This document shows, piece by piece, positions 30,453-40,955 of a stretch of 64,000 bases of DNA. This DNA comes from Candidatus Aminicenantes bacterium. Its GTDB lineage: Bacteria > Acidobacteriota > Aminicenantia > Aminicenantales > JAFGAV01. Each line of letters begins with the position of its first letter. Position 1 is the first letter of the stretch. Below the pieces are notes generated by a model. It was given only the letters and a program-made list of their open reading frames with translations, was not told the DNA's origin and ran no database searches. A program made the translations under genes and the position numbers. The stretch covers positions 19,023 to 83,022 of the forward strand of contig JAFGAV010000113.1 in the NCBI GenBank assembly GCA_016933515.1. Direction: 5' to 3'.

Positions 30453-30512
30453 CTTTTCTCGACCGCTCCGGCCGGCCCGAAGACTGGCGCCTCAGCCCGA
30501 AGCCCGGCGCCC

Positions 30513-30860
30513 TCAGGACCGGTCTTCCTTCAGCCGGGCGGCCTTGCCCTTGAGCTTCCTCAGGTAATACAGCTTGGCCCGTCTCACCTTCCCGCGTTTG
30601 ACGACATCCACTTTCTTCACCGCCAGGGAGTGGAGGGGAAAGATTTTCTCGACGCCCACGCCGAAGGAAATTTTGCGCACGGTGAACGTCTCGCCCAGGC
30701 CCGAACCCCGGCGGGCGATGACGTCGCCCTGGAAAACCTGGATGCGCTCCTTGTTTTCGGCTTCCTTGATGATGATGTGAACCTTGACCGTGTCGCCGAC
30801 TTTGAAGGGGGTAATGTCCTTCCTGAGACTCTTGTCTTCATAAGCCGTCATGATGTTCAT
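30513..30860 (-). CDS. rplS: 50S ribosomal protein L19
   Basis: [40 protein letters not shown]. Confidence 0.98.
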   Translation of the reverse strand: MNIMTAYEDKSLRKDITPFKVGDTVKVHIIIKEAENKERIQVFQGDVIARRGSGLGETFTVRKISFGVGVEKIFPLHSLAVKKVDVVKRGKVRRAKLYYLRKLKGKAARLKEDRS

Positions 30861-31603
30861 GGCGTTTTCCTCTCTTTGCGTTCCTTGTCCATCCGTTCCA
30901 ACAGTTTTCTGTCCTCGGGGCTGAGGTCGGCCTTCGCCAAGAGGTCCGGCCTCTTGAGCCGCGTTTTTTCCAGGGCCTTTTTCCTCCTCCAGGACGAAAT
31001 CTTCCCGTGATTGCCGGAAAAGAGGACCTCGGGGGTCTTCATTCCCCGAAACTCCCTCGGCCGCGTGTAATGGGGAAAATCGAGGAGCCCGCGGCTGAAG
31101 GAATCCCGCGCCACCGATTCCTCCTTGCCCACCACTCCGGGGACGAATCTCGAAACGGCGTCCACGATGACCACGGCCGCCGGCTCCCCTCCGGTCAGGA
31201 CGTAATCCCCGATGGACACTTCCTCGGCGGCCAAGAAGCGGCTCACCCTCTCATCCACGCCCTCATAACGGCCGCAAATGAGAAGAATCCGCGGGAACCG
31301 GGCCCATTCCTCGGCCAGGCGCTGGTCGAATCGGCGACCCTGGGGGGAGAGCAGATAGGCGGGCGCGTCCGAGCCGCCCCTCAGGCTTTCGACGGCGGCG
31401 AAAATCGGCTCGGGCTTGAACACCATGCCCTCGTCTCCGCCGAAAGGACGGTCGTCCACCTGCCGGTGCTTGCCGGTCGCGTAGTCGCGCAGGTTGTGCA
31501 CGTTCACCTGGATCAACCCTCTCTCCACGGCCTTGCGGATGATCCCTCCCGAGAACACCGAGGCGAACATCTCGGGAAAGATGGTGATTATATCAAATCT
31601 CAT
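30857..31603 (-). CDS. trmD: tRNA (guanine-N1)-methyltransferase
   Basis: [35 protein letters not shown]. Confidence 0.98.
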   Translation of the reverse strand: MRFDIITIFPEMFASVFSGGIIRKAVERGLIQVNVHNLRDYATGKHRQVDDRPFGGDEGMVFKPEPIFAAVESLRGGSDAPAYLLSPQGRRFDQRLAEEWARFPRILLICGRYEGVDERVSRFLAAEEVSIGDYVLTGGEPAAVVIVDAVSRFVPGVVGKEESVARDSFSRGLLDFPHYTRPREFRGMKTPEVLFSGNHGKISSWRRKKALEKTRLKRPDLLAKADLSPEDRKLLERMDKERKERKTP

Positions 31604-32114
31604 TCAGGTCCAAAAGACCGTCCGGAGGATCCACCCGGATCCGTCCCTCCTCAGGGCGGATCTCACGGCAGATGCGGGCCGAGAGGGGGATCAGGACTTC
31701 TTTCCCCTCTCGCTCCACGACCAGCAAGCCGGATTCCCCGACCGGGACGACGGCCGTCACCGCGCCCAGATCCTCTCCGGACAGGGTGACGACCCGGCAG
31801 CCGATGAGCTGGCCGGCGAAAAAGGCGTCCTCGCCGGGCGGAGGGAGGTTGCTTACGGAAAGAAGGATCTCGCTTCCTCTCATTGCTTCGGCCGCCACCG
31901 AACTGTCGACGCCCTCGAGCTTCAGGAACCCGCTTCCCCGCTCACGGCGGACGGACCGCACCGCGAACCGTTCCACGTTTCCCGCGCGCCGGAGAAAAAG
32001 GAACGGGACGCCTTCCAGCCTGAAATCCGGGAACAGTTTGAATTTCATCTCCCCGCCGGCCCCATGACTCCTCAAGATCCGGCCGACGGGGTGGAGAACG
32101 TCAGCCTTTTTCAA
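31593..32114 (-). CDS. rimM: Ribosome maturation factor RimM
   Basis: [28 protein letters not shown]; operon context. Confidence 0.93.
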   Translation of the reverse strand: MKKADVLHPVGRILRSHGAGGEMKFKLFPDFRLEGVPFLFLRRAGNVERFAVRSVRRERGSGFLKLEGVDSSVAAEAMRGSEILLSVSNLPPPGEDAFFAGQLIGCRVVTLSGEDLGAVTAVVPVGESGLLVVEREGKEVLIPLSARICREIRPEEGRIRVDPPDGLLDLNEI

Positions 32115-32337
32115 TGATCTCCAGGTTGAATCTCCGCTTGAGTTTCATGCCCGCGGCGCCGAGTATGATCCGAATGGCCCGGGCCGTACGGCCTTGCTTG
32201 CCGATCACCTTGCCCAGGTCTTCGGGGGCGACTTTGAGCTCCAGGATGGTGGTCTGCTCCCCTTCGAGCTGGGACACCAGCACCTTCTCCGGATTGTCCA
32301 CGAGCGCTTTGGCGATGAGTTCAACAAGTTCTTTCAC
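32101..32337 (-). CDS. khpA: KH-domain RNA-binding protein
   Basis: [23 protein letters not shown]. Confidence 0.93.
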   Translation of the reverse strand: MKELVELIAKALVDNPEKVLVSQLEGEQTTILELKVAPEDLGKVIGKQGRTARAIRIILGAAGMKLKRRFNLEIIEKG

Positions 32338-32364
32338 GGCGACCTCCTTTCGTCGGTGTCGGAC

Positions 32365-32619
32365 TCACTTGGATGATTGGAATCGTTTTTCCGCTTTGTG
32401 CAGGAGCGATTGAACCGTGCGGGACGCACGCGCGCCCCTGGCCAGCCACATTTTGGCCTTGTCGAGGTCGAGCTTGATTTCAGCCGGCTCGACAAGGGGA
32501 TTGTAATGCCCGATCGTATCCTTGGCTTTGCTCTCCCTGGGTTTCTTGGAATCCATGACCACGATTCTGTAGGCGGGCTTGCCTTTGGCTCCGAACCGCA
32601 TCAGTCGCATAGCTAACAT
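32365..32619 (-). CDS. rpsP: 30S ribosomal protein S16
   Basis: MRLMRFGAKGKPAYRIVV.DS, IGHYNP, WLARGA. Confidence 0.96.
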   Translation of the reverse strand: MLAMRLMRFGAKGKPAYRIVVMDSKKPRESKAKDTIGHYNPLVEPAEIKLDLDKAKMWLARGARASRTVQSLLHKAEKRFQSSK

Positions 32620-32657
32620 CTTCGATCTTCTCTCGGCTTGGATTTTTGTGAGAGAGA

Positions 32658-32686
32658 ATTTTATCCGAATCCTCCGTCAAAGTCAA
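32658..32686 (-). promoter_or_regulatory. sigma70 promoter of rpsP operon; abuts TSD of MITE copy 3
   Basis: TTGACT-17-TAAAAT on the minus strand. Confidence 0.85.
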
Positions 32687-32695
32687 CTTGGAGGC

Positions 32696-32777
32696 GGCTT
32701 TATGACGTTTTGTGTGGTCCTTTCGCGTGAGCATTGGCCCTCAGACCGGAATTCACCACACCATTCGTCATAGAGCC
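32696..32777 (-). mobile_element. 82-bp MITE, copy 3
   Basis: Reverse orientation relative to copy 1; flanks CTTGGAGGC / CTTGGGGGC (8/9 TSD). Confidence 0.92.
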
Positions 32778-32826
32778 CTTGGGGGCCGTTCCTCCCTGCC
32801 GGAGCCGGCCGACGGCCCGCCGCGGG

Positions 32827-34161
32827 CTATCCCGACTTGAAAAAACCCGAAGACATCATTTTCTTGAAACCGGGCTTTTTGATCATGCGCTTCATCTCCG
32901 CGAACTGCTTGAGGAGCTGGTTGACTTCCTGGATCGGCCGCCCGCTGCCCCGGGCGATGCGCTTGCGGCGGCTGCCGTCGATGATCCTCTCATCATTGCG
33001 TTCGCGGGGGGTCATGGATCTGATGATCGCCTCAAAATGAGACACTCTTCGGTCGTCCACCTGCGCCCGGGCCAACGCCTTGAAGGGACCGGATCCGGGC
33101 AGGTGACCGAGGAGTCCCGAAAGGGAGCCCATTTTTTTGAGTTGCAGGAGCTGCTTGAGAAAATCCTCCAGCGTGAACTCCTCCCGGCGGAGGCGTCGGG
33201 CCAATTCCTCGGATTCCTTGAGGTCGGCCTCTCCCTCGGCTTTTTCGATGAGCGTCAGCAGGTCGCCCATGCCCAGAATGCGGGAGGCCATACGGTCGGG
33301 ATGGAACACTTCGAGCTTGTCGGAATTTTCCCCCACTCCCATGAACTTGACGGGCAAACCGGTGACCGAGACGATCGACAGAGCCGCTCCGCCGCGGGCG
33401 TCGCCGTCGAGCTTGGTTAGGATGATCGAGGTCAGGCCGATGCGCTCAAAGAACGCCTTGGCGCTTTTGACCGCATCCTGTCCGGTCAGGGCGTCGCCGA
33501 CGTAGACGACCTCCGCGGGATTGAGAACGTCCCGAACCATGCGAAGCTCCTCCATGAGCTCTTCGTCGATATGGAGGCGGCCGGCCGTATCCACGATGAG
33601 AGGGTCATAGGCCCTGTCGCGGGCGAAACGGACGACCTCCCTGAGGGCCTTTTCGGAAGATGCCGGCCGTCCCTCGGCAGCCTCATAAAAAGCCGCTTTG
33701 ACCTGGCCGGCGATCTGTCTGATTTGCTCCTGGGCCGCCGGCCTTTTCATGTCGAAAGACACAAGAAGGGGGTTGCGACCGAGTCCCTGAACATATCGGG
33801 CCAGCTTGCCGCAGGTGGTCGTCTTGCCGCTTCCCTGGAGCCCGACGAGCATGAAGACCGACGGAGGGGCGGCGGCGAAGTTCAGCGGCTTGGTTTTGGA
33901 TCCCAGCATGACGGTCAATTCGTCCCGGACGATTTTGATGACCTGCTGGGCGGGCGTCAGACTGTCCAGGACGTCCCGGTTGAGCGATCGGGCCCTGATT
34001 CTCTCCTCAAAATCCCTGACAACCTTATAGTTGACGTCGGCCTCAAGGAGGGCCAGTCGGAGCATCCGCAGAGCTTCGGCCATGTTCTTTTCCGTGATCT
34101 TGGCCTCGCCCCGAAGATATTTCAGGACTTTCTGCAGACGTTCCGACAGCTGATCGAACAT
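32827..34161 (-). CDS. ffh: Signal recognition particle protein
   Basis: GLQGSGKTT, DTAGR, TKLDGDARGG, RMASRILGMGD, SRRKRIARGSG. Confidence 0.98.
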   Translation of the reverse strand: MFDQLSERLQKVLKYLRGEAKITEKNMAEALRMLRLALLEADVNYKVVRDFEERIRARSLNRDVLDSLTPAQQVIKIVRDELTVMLGSKTKPLNFAAAPPSVFMLVGLQGSGKTTTCGKLARYVQGLGRNPLLVSFDMKRPAAQEQIRQIAGQVKAAFYEAAEGRPASSEKALREVVRFARDRAYDPLIVDTAGRLHIDEELMEELRMVRDVLNPAEVVYVGDALTGQDAVKSAKAFFERIGLTSIILTKLDGDARGGAALSIVSVTGLPVKFMGVGENSDKLEVFHPDRMASRILGMGDLLTLIEKAEGEADLKESEELARRLRREEFTLEDFLKQLLQLKKMGSLSGLLGHLPGSGPFKALARAQVDDRRVSHFEAIIRSMTPRERNDERIIDGSRRKRIARGSGRPIQEVNQLLKQFAEMKRMIKKPGFKKMMSSGFFKSG

Positions 34162-34173
34162 CGGCGTTGTCCG

Positions 34174-35274
34174 TCAGTCGTCGACGCCCAGGCTCGTGCC
34201 CACGCAGCGGGCCACTTTGAGGAGGGGATGGTTGACCGGCACGGTTTTCATGCGGCCGGCCACCTCCTCCAGGGGAACGGACACGATGTCCTCTCCCCGG
34301 AGAGCCGCCATGCGGCCGAATTCCCCCCGGCCGATCATCTCCGCCGCCGCCACTCCAAAACGGGTCGCCAGAATGCGGTCGAAGGGCGTCGGAGTCCCGC
34401 TGCGCTGAAGATGTCCGAGGATCGTGACCCGCGTTTCCAGTCCCGTCTTCTCCTCGATCTCTTCGGTCAGCTTGGTGCCGATGCCTCCCAGCCGGGGCCG
34501 TCCCCGGCTGGCGGGCGTCTCTTTCTGAAACACGACTTCCCCGCCCCTCGGTTTGGCCCCCTCGGCCACGCAGACGATGCTGAACTTCCGTCCGATCCGC
34601 CTGCGGAACCTGAATTTTTCGCAGACCGTCTCCAGGTCAAAATCGAGTTCGGGAATGAGGATGACATCCGCGCCCCCGGCCACTCCCGCTCCCAGGGCCA
34701 GCCAGCCGGCGTACCGCCCCATAACCTCCACGACCATCACCCGATGGTGGGATTGCGCCGTGGTGTGAATCCGATCGATGGCCTCGGCTGCCACCGAGAC
34801 GGCGGAATCGTAGCCGAATGTGACGTCCGTTCCCCACAGGTCGTTGTCGATGGTCTTGGGCACGCCCACGACCTTGAGCCCTTTGTCCCTCAGCGCCTGG
34901 GCGATGGTCATCGATCCGTCGCCGCCCAGGCAACAAACCGCCTCCAACCCGGCCGCTTCCATATTGGCCAAGGCCCGGCCGGAGAGGTCGCGGGAGACGA
35001 CTTCACCGCCCTCGGTCACTGGATAATGAAACGGGTCGGCCTTGTTGGACGTTCCCAAGATCGTCCCCCCAATCTGAAGAATGCCCGACACGTCGTCATA
35101 AGACAGGGGACGAAAACGGTTTTCGACCAGCCCCTCGAAACCGTCTTCAATGCCGAAAACCTCGATGTCGAACCGGCTGATCAGGGACTTGGTCACGGCC
35201 CGGATCACGGCGTTCAGGCCCGGGCAGTCGCCTCCTCCCGTCAGGATGCCGATTCTTTTTCTTCGAATGCCCAT
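34174..35274 (-). CDS. pfkA: 6-phosphofructokinase (group III-like, probably ATP-dependent)
   Basis: TGGGDCPGLN, GGTILGT, GGDG, PKTIDND, EVMGR, LGHLQR. Confidence 0.95.
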   Translation of the reverse strand: MGIRRKRIGILTGGGDCPGLNAVIRAVTKSLISRFDIEVFGIEDGFEGLVENRFRPLSYDDVSGILQIGGTILGTSNKADPFHYPVTEGGEVVSRDLSGRALANMEAAGLEAVCCLGGDGSMTIAQALRDKGLKVVGVPKTIDNDLWGTDVTFGYDSAVSVAAEAIDRIHTTAQSHHRVMVVEVMGRYAGWLALGAGVAGGADVILIPELDFDLETVCEKFRFRRRIGRKFSIVCVAEGAKPRGGEVVFQKETPASRGRPRLGGIGTKLTEEIEEKTGLETRVTILGHLQRSGTPTPFDRILATRFGVAAAEMIGRGEFGRMAALRGEDIVSVPLEEVAGRMKTVPVNHPLLKVARCVGTSLGVDD

Positions 35275-35304
35275 GATCGATCCTTTTCAAAATTCAAGGA
35301 AATT

Positions 35305-35333
35305 ACGATACAGGATTTCCGGCTTTATGTAAA
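35305..35333 (-). promoter_or_regulatory. Putative sigma70 promoter of pfkA-ffh
   Basis: TTTACA-17-TATCGT on the minus strand. Confidence 0.6.
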
Positions 35334-35396
35334 CTCGAACCGGGCAAAAATCAATCCGCCCCGTCCTCTTTGGAGGACAATCCGGCCTGATTTTCC

Positions 35397-35425
35397 TTGA
35401 CAACACCTACCCTCATGGTTAAGGT
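35397..35425 (+). promoter_or_regulatory. sigma70 promoter of accBC
   Basis: TTGACA-17-TAAGGT. Confidence 0.7.
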
Positions 35426-35450
35426 ATTACTGCCTTTTCAGGTGGTGCCA

Positions 35451-35924
35451 ATGAACAAGCCAGCGATAAATTACGACGAGATTCTTAAGCTCATCGCTCT
35501 CCTCGAAGAAAAAAAGCTGTCACATTTTGAGCTCGAAGTGGACGGTTTCAAGATCCGGATGAGCAAGAACACTTCATCGGTCCCGACGTCGGAAACCAGG
35601 TCCGTCCCGCCCGCGAACGCCGCGCCCTCAGGGTCCGTTCCCGAAGCCGCGGAGGCCGTTTCCCAGGGCCTGGAGCCCAACCTTCACTTCGTCACCTCGC
35701 CCATGGTCGGCACGTTTTACCGCGCCCCCAACCCCACCTCCCCGCCCTTCGTCGAAGCGGGCGAGCCCGTGAAAAAAAAGCAGATGCTCTGCATCATTGA
35801 GGCCATGAAGCTCATGAACGAAATTGAATGCGACGTGGACGGCGTCGTCAAGGAAATTTTCGTCGAGAACGCCAAGCCCGTCGAGTTCGGCCAGAAATTG
35901 TTCTCCATTCTGAAGACCGGCTGA
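35451..35924 (+). CDS. accB: Acetyl-CoA carboxylase biotin carboxyl carrier protein
   Basis: SPMVGTFYRAP, IIEAMKLMNEI. Confidence 0.96.
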   Translation: MNKPAINYDEILKLIALLEEKKLSHFELEVDGFKIRMSKNTSSVPTSETRSVPPANAAPSGSVPEAAEAVSQGLEPNLHFVTSPMVGTFYRAPNPTSPPFVEAGEPVKKKQMLCIIEAMKLMNEIECDVDGVVKEIFVENAKPVEFGQKLFSILKTG

Positions 35925-35928
35925 CCTG

Positions 35929-37311
35929 ATGTTCTCCAAGATCCTGATCGCCAACCGCGGGGAAATCGCCCTGCGCATCATCCGTGCCGCCCGGGAGCTG
36001 GGCTTCAAGACCGTGGCCGTTTATTCCGAAGCGGACAAGACCGCCCTGCATACGCTGCTGGCCCATGAAAAGATCTGCATCGGTCCGGCCAAGGCGTCCG
36101 ACAGCTATCTCAATATCCCCAACCTGTTGAGCGCCGCGGAAATCACCAAGGCCGACGCCATTCATCCCGGCTACGGTTTCCTTTCGGAAAACGCCCGCTT
36201 CGCCGAGATCTGCGAGACTTCGGGCATCGTTTTCATCGGTCCGCCGGCTTCGGCCATCCGCCTCTTGGGCGACAAGAACCGGGCCCGTCAGGAAATGAAA
36301 AAAGCCCGCGTGCCCGTCATTCCCGGCGGGGAGAAAATCCTCCAGGACATGGAGGAAGCCAAGAAGCTCGCCCGCCAGTTCGGATTCCCCGTCATTCTCA
36401 AGGCGGCCTCCGGAGGCGGCGGCAAGGGGATGCGCATCGCCCACAACCCGGCCCAGCTCGAGGAGCAGTTTCCCATCGCCCAGAACGAGGCCAAATCCGC
36501 CTTCGGCGACGCGTCTCTCTATATGGAGAAGTTCCTGTCCAGCGCGCGGCACATCGAGATCCAGGTGGCGGCCGATAAAAACGGCCGGGTGCACGCCTTC
36601 GGCGAAAGAGAGTGCTCCGTCCAGCGCAAATACCAGAAACTCATCGAGGAAACCCCCTCCACGATGGTCGACCCCCGCCTGAGGCGGAAAATGATCGCCG
36701 CCGCCGAGGAGGCGGCCCGCTATCTCGGTTATCAGAGCTTGGGAACCTTCGAATTTCTCGTCGACGAGAAGAAAAACTTCTTTTTCATGGAAGCCAACAC
36801 CCGCGTCCAGGTCGAACATCCCATCACCGAGGCCGTTTACAACATCGACCTTCTGAAAATGCAGCTCCGCATGGCGGCCGGGGAAAAGCTCAATGTCCCC
36901 GAAGACATGGAGATGCGCGGCCACGCCATCGAATGCCGCATCAACGCCGAAGACCCGGAGACGTTCGTCCCTTCTCCGGGGAAAATCGATTTCCTGGTCT
37001 TTCCGGGGGGAGAGGGCATCCGGGTGGATTCCGCCGCCTACTGCGGCTGTGAGATCCCTCCCCATTACGACTCGCTTCTGGCCAAAATCATCGCCCTCGC
37101 GCCCACACGCCAGGCAGCCATCAAGAAGATGATCACCGCCCTGGAGATGACGACCATCGTCGGCGTCAAGACCAATCTGCCCCTCCACCTGAAAATCCTC
37201 TCCGACCGGGAGTTCCAAACCGGCAGCTACGACACTCGCTTCATGGAAAGGTTCCTGTCCCGCAAAGAAACGGAAGCCCGGGAACAGACCCCCGGCGAGC
37301 GGGGCGCGTGA
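35929..37311 (+). CDS. accC: Biotin carboxylase
   Basis: ILIANRGEIA, HPGYGFLSEN, GGGGKGMR, RECSVQR, NTRVQVEHP. Confidence 0.97.
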   Translation: MFSKILIANRGEIALRIIRAARELGFKTVAVYSEADKTALHTLLAHEKICIGPAKASDSYLNIPNLLSAAEITKADAIHPGYGFLSENARFAEICETSGIVFIGPPASAIRLLGDKNRARQEMKKARVPVIPGGEKILQDMEEAKKLARQFGFPVILKAASGGGGKGMRIAHNPAQLEEQFPIAQNEAKSAFGDASLYMEKFLSSARHIEIQVAADKNGRVHAFGERECSVQRKYQKLIEETPSTMVDPRLRRKMIAAAEEAARYLGYQSLGTFEFLVDEKKNFFFMEANTRVQVEHPITEAVYNIDLLKMQLRMAAGEKLNVPEDMEMRGHAIECRINAEDPETFVPSPGKIDFLVFPGGEGIRVDSAAYCGCEIPPHYDSLLAKIIALAPTRQAAIKKMITALEMTTIVGVKTNLPLHLKILSDREFQTGSYDTRFMERFLSRKETEAREQTPGERGA

Positions 37312-37330
37312 TCGGTTCCTGGACGGCGCG

Positions 37331-37987
37331 TCAGCGCAGGAGATAAAGCTTCACTTCGTAGGAGCCTTCGTTGTCCCCCACGACGAGCTCATTGATTCCC
37401 AGATAGAAACGGCCGCGGCTGGGAATGGTCACCTCTGCGCGGCTGCCGACGGGGAAAACAGTCACGATCTCGTCCCGGACTTCTCGTCCCGTCTGGGGAT
37501 CGGCGTGGGAGGACAGGAAGAGGACGATCCGACCCACCAAGGCTCCGATATTGAGGTCGGGGAGAGGCTGTTGGACGGTTCTCAAAGCGTATCCGTCCGG
37601 ACCGCAGATCGCCGTGGGATTGCCTTTTTGAAGGGAGATGGCGCCGGAGGCCAGGACGTAAAATCTTTGGCCCTCGGACACATCCAGGCCCGTATCCGTC
37701 CAGGGGACGTCGCCCCGCACGGTGAGAAGATGGAGCGATTCGAAGTCGGCCGGAGCCGGATCGGCGGCCTCGAGTTCGATGTCCCTCTCTTCCGGGGCCG
37801 GGAAGATCCCTTCCTCGGGCTCCTCGGCTTCCGGAACGGATTCCTCTCCTTCCCCCCCATGGAGGGGCGGAGGAGGAATCAACCTCGGGTCGGACGAAGA
37901 GCAGCCGGAAAAGCAGGGAAGAATCCAAATCGCCAACAGCGCGGCGGCGAGCCGCCTCGAACGGGAAGGATCCCGAAAACTCACCAT
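37331..37987 (-). CDS. Lipoprotein with PA-IL/LecA-like beta-sandwich domain
   Basis: Lipobox FSGC; Pro/Glu linker; WTDTGLDV..G..A.G, GALVGRI, LGINE..DNEGSY. Confidence 0.7.
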   Translation of the reverse strand: MVSFRDPSRSRRLAAALLAIWILPCFSGCSSSDPRLIPPPPLHGGEGEESVPEAEEPEEGIFPAPEERDIELEAADPAPADFESLHLLTVRGDVPWTDTGLDVSEGQRFYVLASGAISLQKGNPTAICGPDGYALRTVQQPLPDLNIGALVGRIVLFLSSHADPQTGREVRDEIVTVFPVGSRAEVTIPSRGRFYLGINELVVGDNEGSYEVKLYLLR

Positions 37988-37993
37988 GGGCGT

Positions 37994-38022
37994 ATTTTAT
38001 CAGCTCCCTCCCCCTCCGGCAA
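37994..38022 (-). promoter_or_regulatory. sigma70 promoter, probably leaderless transcript
   Basis: TTGCCG-17-TAAAAT with extended TG; 6 nt to ATG 37987. Confidence 0.7.
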
Positions 38023-38175
38023 CTTCCGGTGAATCCGAAACCGGCAGGGACGGATGAGATCGCGGCCTCGTCTCGGACGTCTCTTTACCATGATGATCTT
38101 AGACGGCGCCGGAGGGGTCAACGCTTTGCGTCGGAAACCGTATTAAGATATGATAAACGTCAGAAAGGCTGAATC

Positions 38176-39432
38176 ATGCCCTCTCCAAAAAGCTTCTTCC
38201 AGCGCAGAAAAAAGGCGCTCCTCGCCGCCGGCGCGCTTGTTTTTTTGGCGATCGTCTTCCTCTTCAACCTCCGCTCTCAGAGAGAGAGTCCCGTCAAGGT
38301 CACCGTGGAGACCGTCTCCTCCCGAAACCTGACCTCGATCATCTCCGCCTCGGGCGAAGTCCGGCCCCGCAAAAGCGTCAACATCAGCGCTCATGTGCCG
38401 GGACGCATCGTCCGCATCGGCGTTCGGGAGGGCCAGCCGGTCCGGAAAGGCGATTTCCTTCTGAAATTGGATTCCACGCAGTATGAGGCCAACGCAGACC
38501 GTGACCGGGCGATCATTCGCTTTTATAAAACCGAGCTTGAGAAGACCCGCGTCAAAAAAGACCAGGACCGGGCGGTCTACGAGCGCCAGAAACAACTGTT
38601 TTCCGGCCAGCTCGTCTCCCGGGAACAGATGGAAGCGGCCAAGGTTCAATATGACATCTCCCAGGCCCAGTACAATTCGATCCTTCATCAGATCGAGCAG
38701 TCCGAAGCCTCTCTGCGCGTCACGCTCGATTCCCTGAGCAAAACGGTCTTCGAGGCGCCCCTGGACGGGATCGTCACCAGCCTCCGGGTCGAGGAGGGCG
38801 AGGTGGCCATCATCGGCACGATGAACAATCCGGGCACCGTCCTCATGACCCTCGCCGATCTGTCCATCATGGAAGTCGAAGTTCAGGTCGACGAAACCGA
38901 CGTCATCGATGTCCGGGTCGGCCAGACGGCCGAAGTGCACGTCGACGCTCTTCCCGGACGGGTGCTCCCCGGGAGGGTGACGGAAGTGGGCAGTTCCGCC
39001 CTGCGGCCTTTGGGAACCGCCGCCTCCTCCACTCAGGAGTCCAAGGACTTCAAGGTCGTCGTCACCCTGGACGATCCGCCGCCCAATCTCAGGCCCGGCC
39101 TGTCCGCTTCGGCCGACATCATTACCGCCGAGAAAACCGGTGTTCTGGCCGTCCCCATTTCGGCGCTCGTGCTTCAGGAGCGGAAAGACGACGCGGCCGA
39201 CCGAACCACCCGGGCCCAGGCCGAGGTCGAGGGCGTGTTCGCGGTCGGGAAGGACGGGCGGGTGAAGTTCGCGCCGGTTGTGAAGGGCATCACCGGCGAC
39301 CTGATGATCGAAATCGTCTCGGGTCTCGAGGATGGGGCCGAAATTGTGGTCGGTCCCTACAGCGCTCTTCGCCAGCTTCGGGACGGGACCCTGATCAAGC
39401 CGGAGCCCCCCTCCGAAAAAACCCTTCCATGA
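38176..39432 (+). CDS. Periplasmic adaptor (MacA/YknX-like membrane fusion protein)
   Basis: N-terminal TM, SASGEV, V.EGQ.V.KGD.L, APLDG.V, VDETDV..V.VGQ. Confidence 0.92.
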   Translation: MPSPKSFFQRRKKALLAAGALVFLAIVFLFNLRSQRESPVKVTVETVSSRNLTSIISASGEVRPRKSVNISAHVPGRIVRIGVREGQPVRKGDFLLKLDSTQYEANADRDRAIIRFYKTELEKTRVKKDQDRAVYERQKQLFSGQLVSREQMEAAKVQYDISQAQYNSILHQIEQSEASLRVTLDSLSKTVFEAPLDGIVTSLRVEEGEVAIIGTMNNPGTVLMTLADLSIMEVEVQVDETDVIDVRVGQTAEVHVDALPGRVLPGRVTEVGSSALRPLGTAASSTQESKDFKVVVTLDDPPPNLRPGLSASADIITAEKTGVLAVPISALVLQERKDDAADRTTRAQAEVEGVFAVGKDGRVKFAPVVKGITGDLMIEIVSGLEDGAEIVVGPYSALRQLRDGTLIKPEPPSEKTLP

Positions 39433-40133
39433 TCGGGAAAAACGGCGGGGACGGCGACCTCATCCGGGTCGAGGGATTGTGGAAGATCTATGAGCTCGGG
39501 AAGCAACGCGTCCCCGCTCTGCGCGACGTCAGCTTCTCCATTCCCCGAAACGAAATCGTGGCCATCATGGGTCCCTCAGGATCGGGGAAATCCACGCTCC
39601 TCAACCTCCTCGGTTGCCTCGACACGCCCACGAAGGGGCGGTACCGCCTGAACGGCAAGTTGGTCAGCGACCTTTCCGAAATCGAACTGGCCGACATCCG
39701 CAACAGAGAAATCGGCTTCGTTTTCCAGGTGTTCAATCTCCTGCCGCGGGCCACGGCCTTCCGCAACGTGGAGCTGCCTCTCATTTACCGGGGCTCGCCC
39801 AAGAGCGAACGGGAGGAGCGGACCCGAAAGGCCTTGGCGATGGTCGATATGACCGACCGGCAGGGACACCGCCCGGCCGAACTCTCGGGCGGGGAACGGC
39901 AGAGGGTGGCGATCGCCCGGGCCCTGGTCAACGAACCGTCGCTTCTCCTGGCCGACGAGCCGACGGGGAACCTGGACTCTCGGACGGGGGAAGAAATCCT
40001 GAGCCTCTTTCACAAGCTCCACCGCGAGGGGAACACCATCATCGTCGTCACGCACGACACGGACGTGGCCCATCAGACGCAGCGCATCATCCACATCCGA
40101 GACGGGCAAGTCGAAAAAGACGAGCGGAGGTGA
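39429..40133 (+). CDS. ABC transporter ATPase (MacB/YknY-like)
   Basis: [34 protein letters not shown]. Confidence 0.95.
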   Translation: MIGKNGGDGDLIRVEGLWKIYELGKQRVPALRDVSFSIPRNEIVAIMGPSGSGKSTLLNLLGCLDTPTKGRYRLNGKLVSDLSEIELADIRNREIGFVFQVFNLLPRATAFRNVELPLIYRGSPKSEREERTRKALAMVDMTDRQGHRPAELSGGERQRVAIARALVNEPSLLLADEPTGNLDSRTGEEILSLFHKLHREGNTIIVVTHDTDVAHQTQRIIHIRDGQVEKDERR

Positions 40134-40136
40134 GGA

Positions 40137-40805
40137 ATGAACCTGCCGTCCAGAATTCAGGGAGTTTTTTTCGAGCCCCGGACGACCCTGCGCGCCGTCG
40201 CCGCCAAGCCGGTCTGGACGGACGTCCTGGCGGTGACGCTCATCGCCCTGGCCGTCTACACGATTTTCATTATGCCCTACGCCTCCCGGGAAGCCTTCAG
40301 CCACTACCAGGCTCAGGGGCAGGAGGCGCCGGATCTGAGCCGCATGCCCAAGTGGCTGCTGGTCATTCCCGTCCTCATCGGGCTTTTTTCGATGACGGCT
40401 GTCGTTTTTTTCTCGAGCGGAGTCGTCTATCTTATGGGCCGCCTGTTTTCCCCGCATGGGGAGTTCAAGGCCGTTCTGGCCGTCTATCTGCATGCCGGGC
40501 TGGTGGACGCCCTTCTGGGGAACGCCGTCCGTCTGGCCGTGGCCCTCACGAAAAAGTCGGCCCTGGTGGTCACGGGACCGGCGATGTTTTTCCCCGAAAT
40601 CCCGCCGCGCTCTTTCCTCTTCCTGGCCCTCGGGTCTTTCGATTTCTTCCGCCTGTGGGCGTTCGGCATTCTGGCCTGCGGCCTGGCTGCCGTTTTCAAA
40701 GTCGAAATGAAAAAGGCTTTTCTGATTGCGTTCCTTTCCTGGCTTGCTCTGGCCTCGATTTCCGTCGGCCTGGGCGGTCTGAGCATGGCCGTCGCTCGGC
40801 GCTAG
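40137..40805 (+). CDS. Yip1/YknW-like membrane protein
   Basis: GVFFEPRTTL N-terminus; about five TM helices. Confidence 0.8.
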   Translation: MNLPSRIQGVFFEPRTTLRAVAAKPVWTDVLAVTLIALAVYTIFIMPYASREAFSHYQAQGQEAPDLSRMPKWLLVIPVLIGLFSMTAVVFFSSGVVYLMGRLFSPHGEFKAVLAVYLHAGLVDALLGNAVRLAVALTKKSALVVTGPAMFFPEIPPRSFLFLALGSFDFFRLWAFGILACGLAAVFKVEMKKAFLIAFLSWLALASISVGLGGLSMAVARR

Positions 40806-40920
40806 GCGCAACCCGCCGGCGCCGAACGGCTCATGTCCTCTCGGGGCGAAAAGAATTCAAGAGAGCCGGACGCCGAATTCACAATGAGGCCGGCGATGGA
40901 CTTGGGGTTCAACCGGCACG

Positions 40921-40949
40921 TTGACACGTCCGCCCGGGCCGACTACATT
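40921..40949 (+). promoter_or_regulatory. sigma70 promoter, probably leaderless transcript
   Basis: TTGACA-17-TACATT; 6 nt to ATG 40956; no SD. Confidence 0.8.
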
Positions 40950-40955
40950 GAGAGC

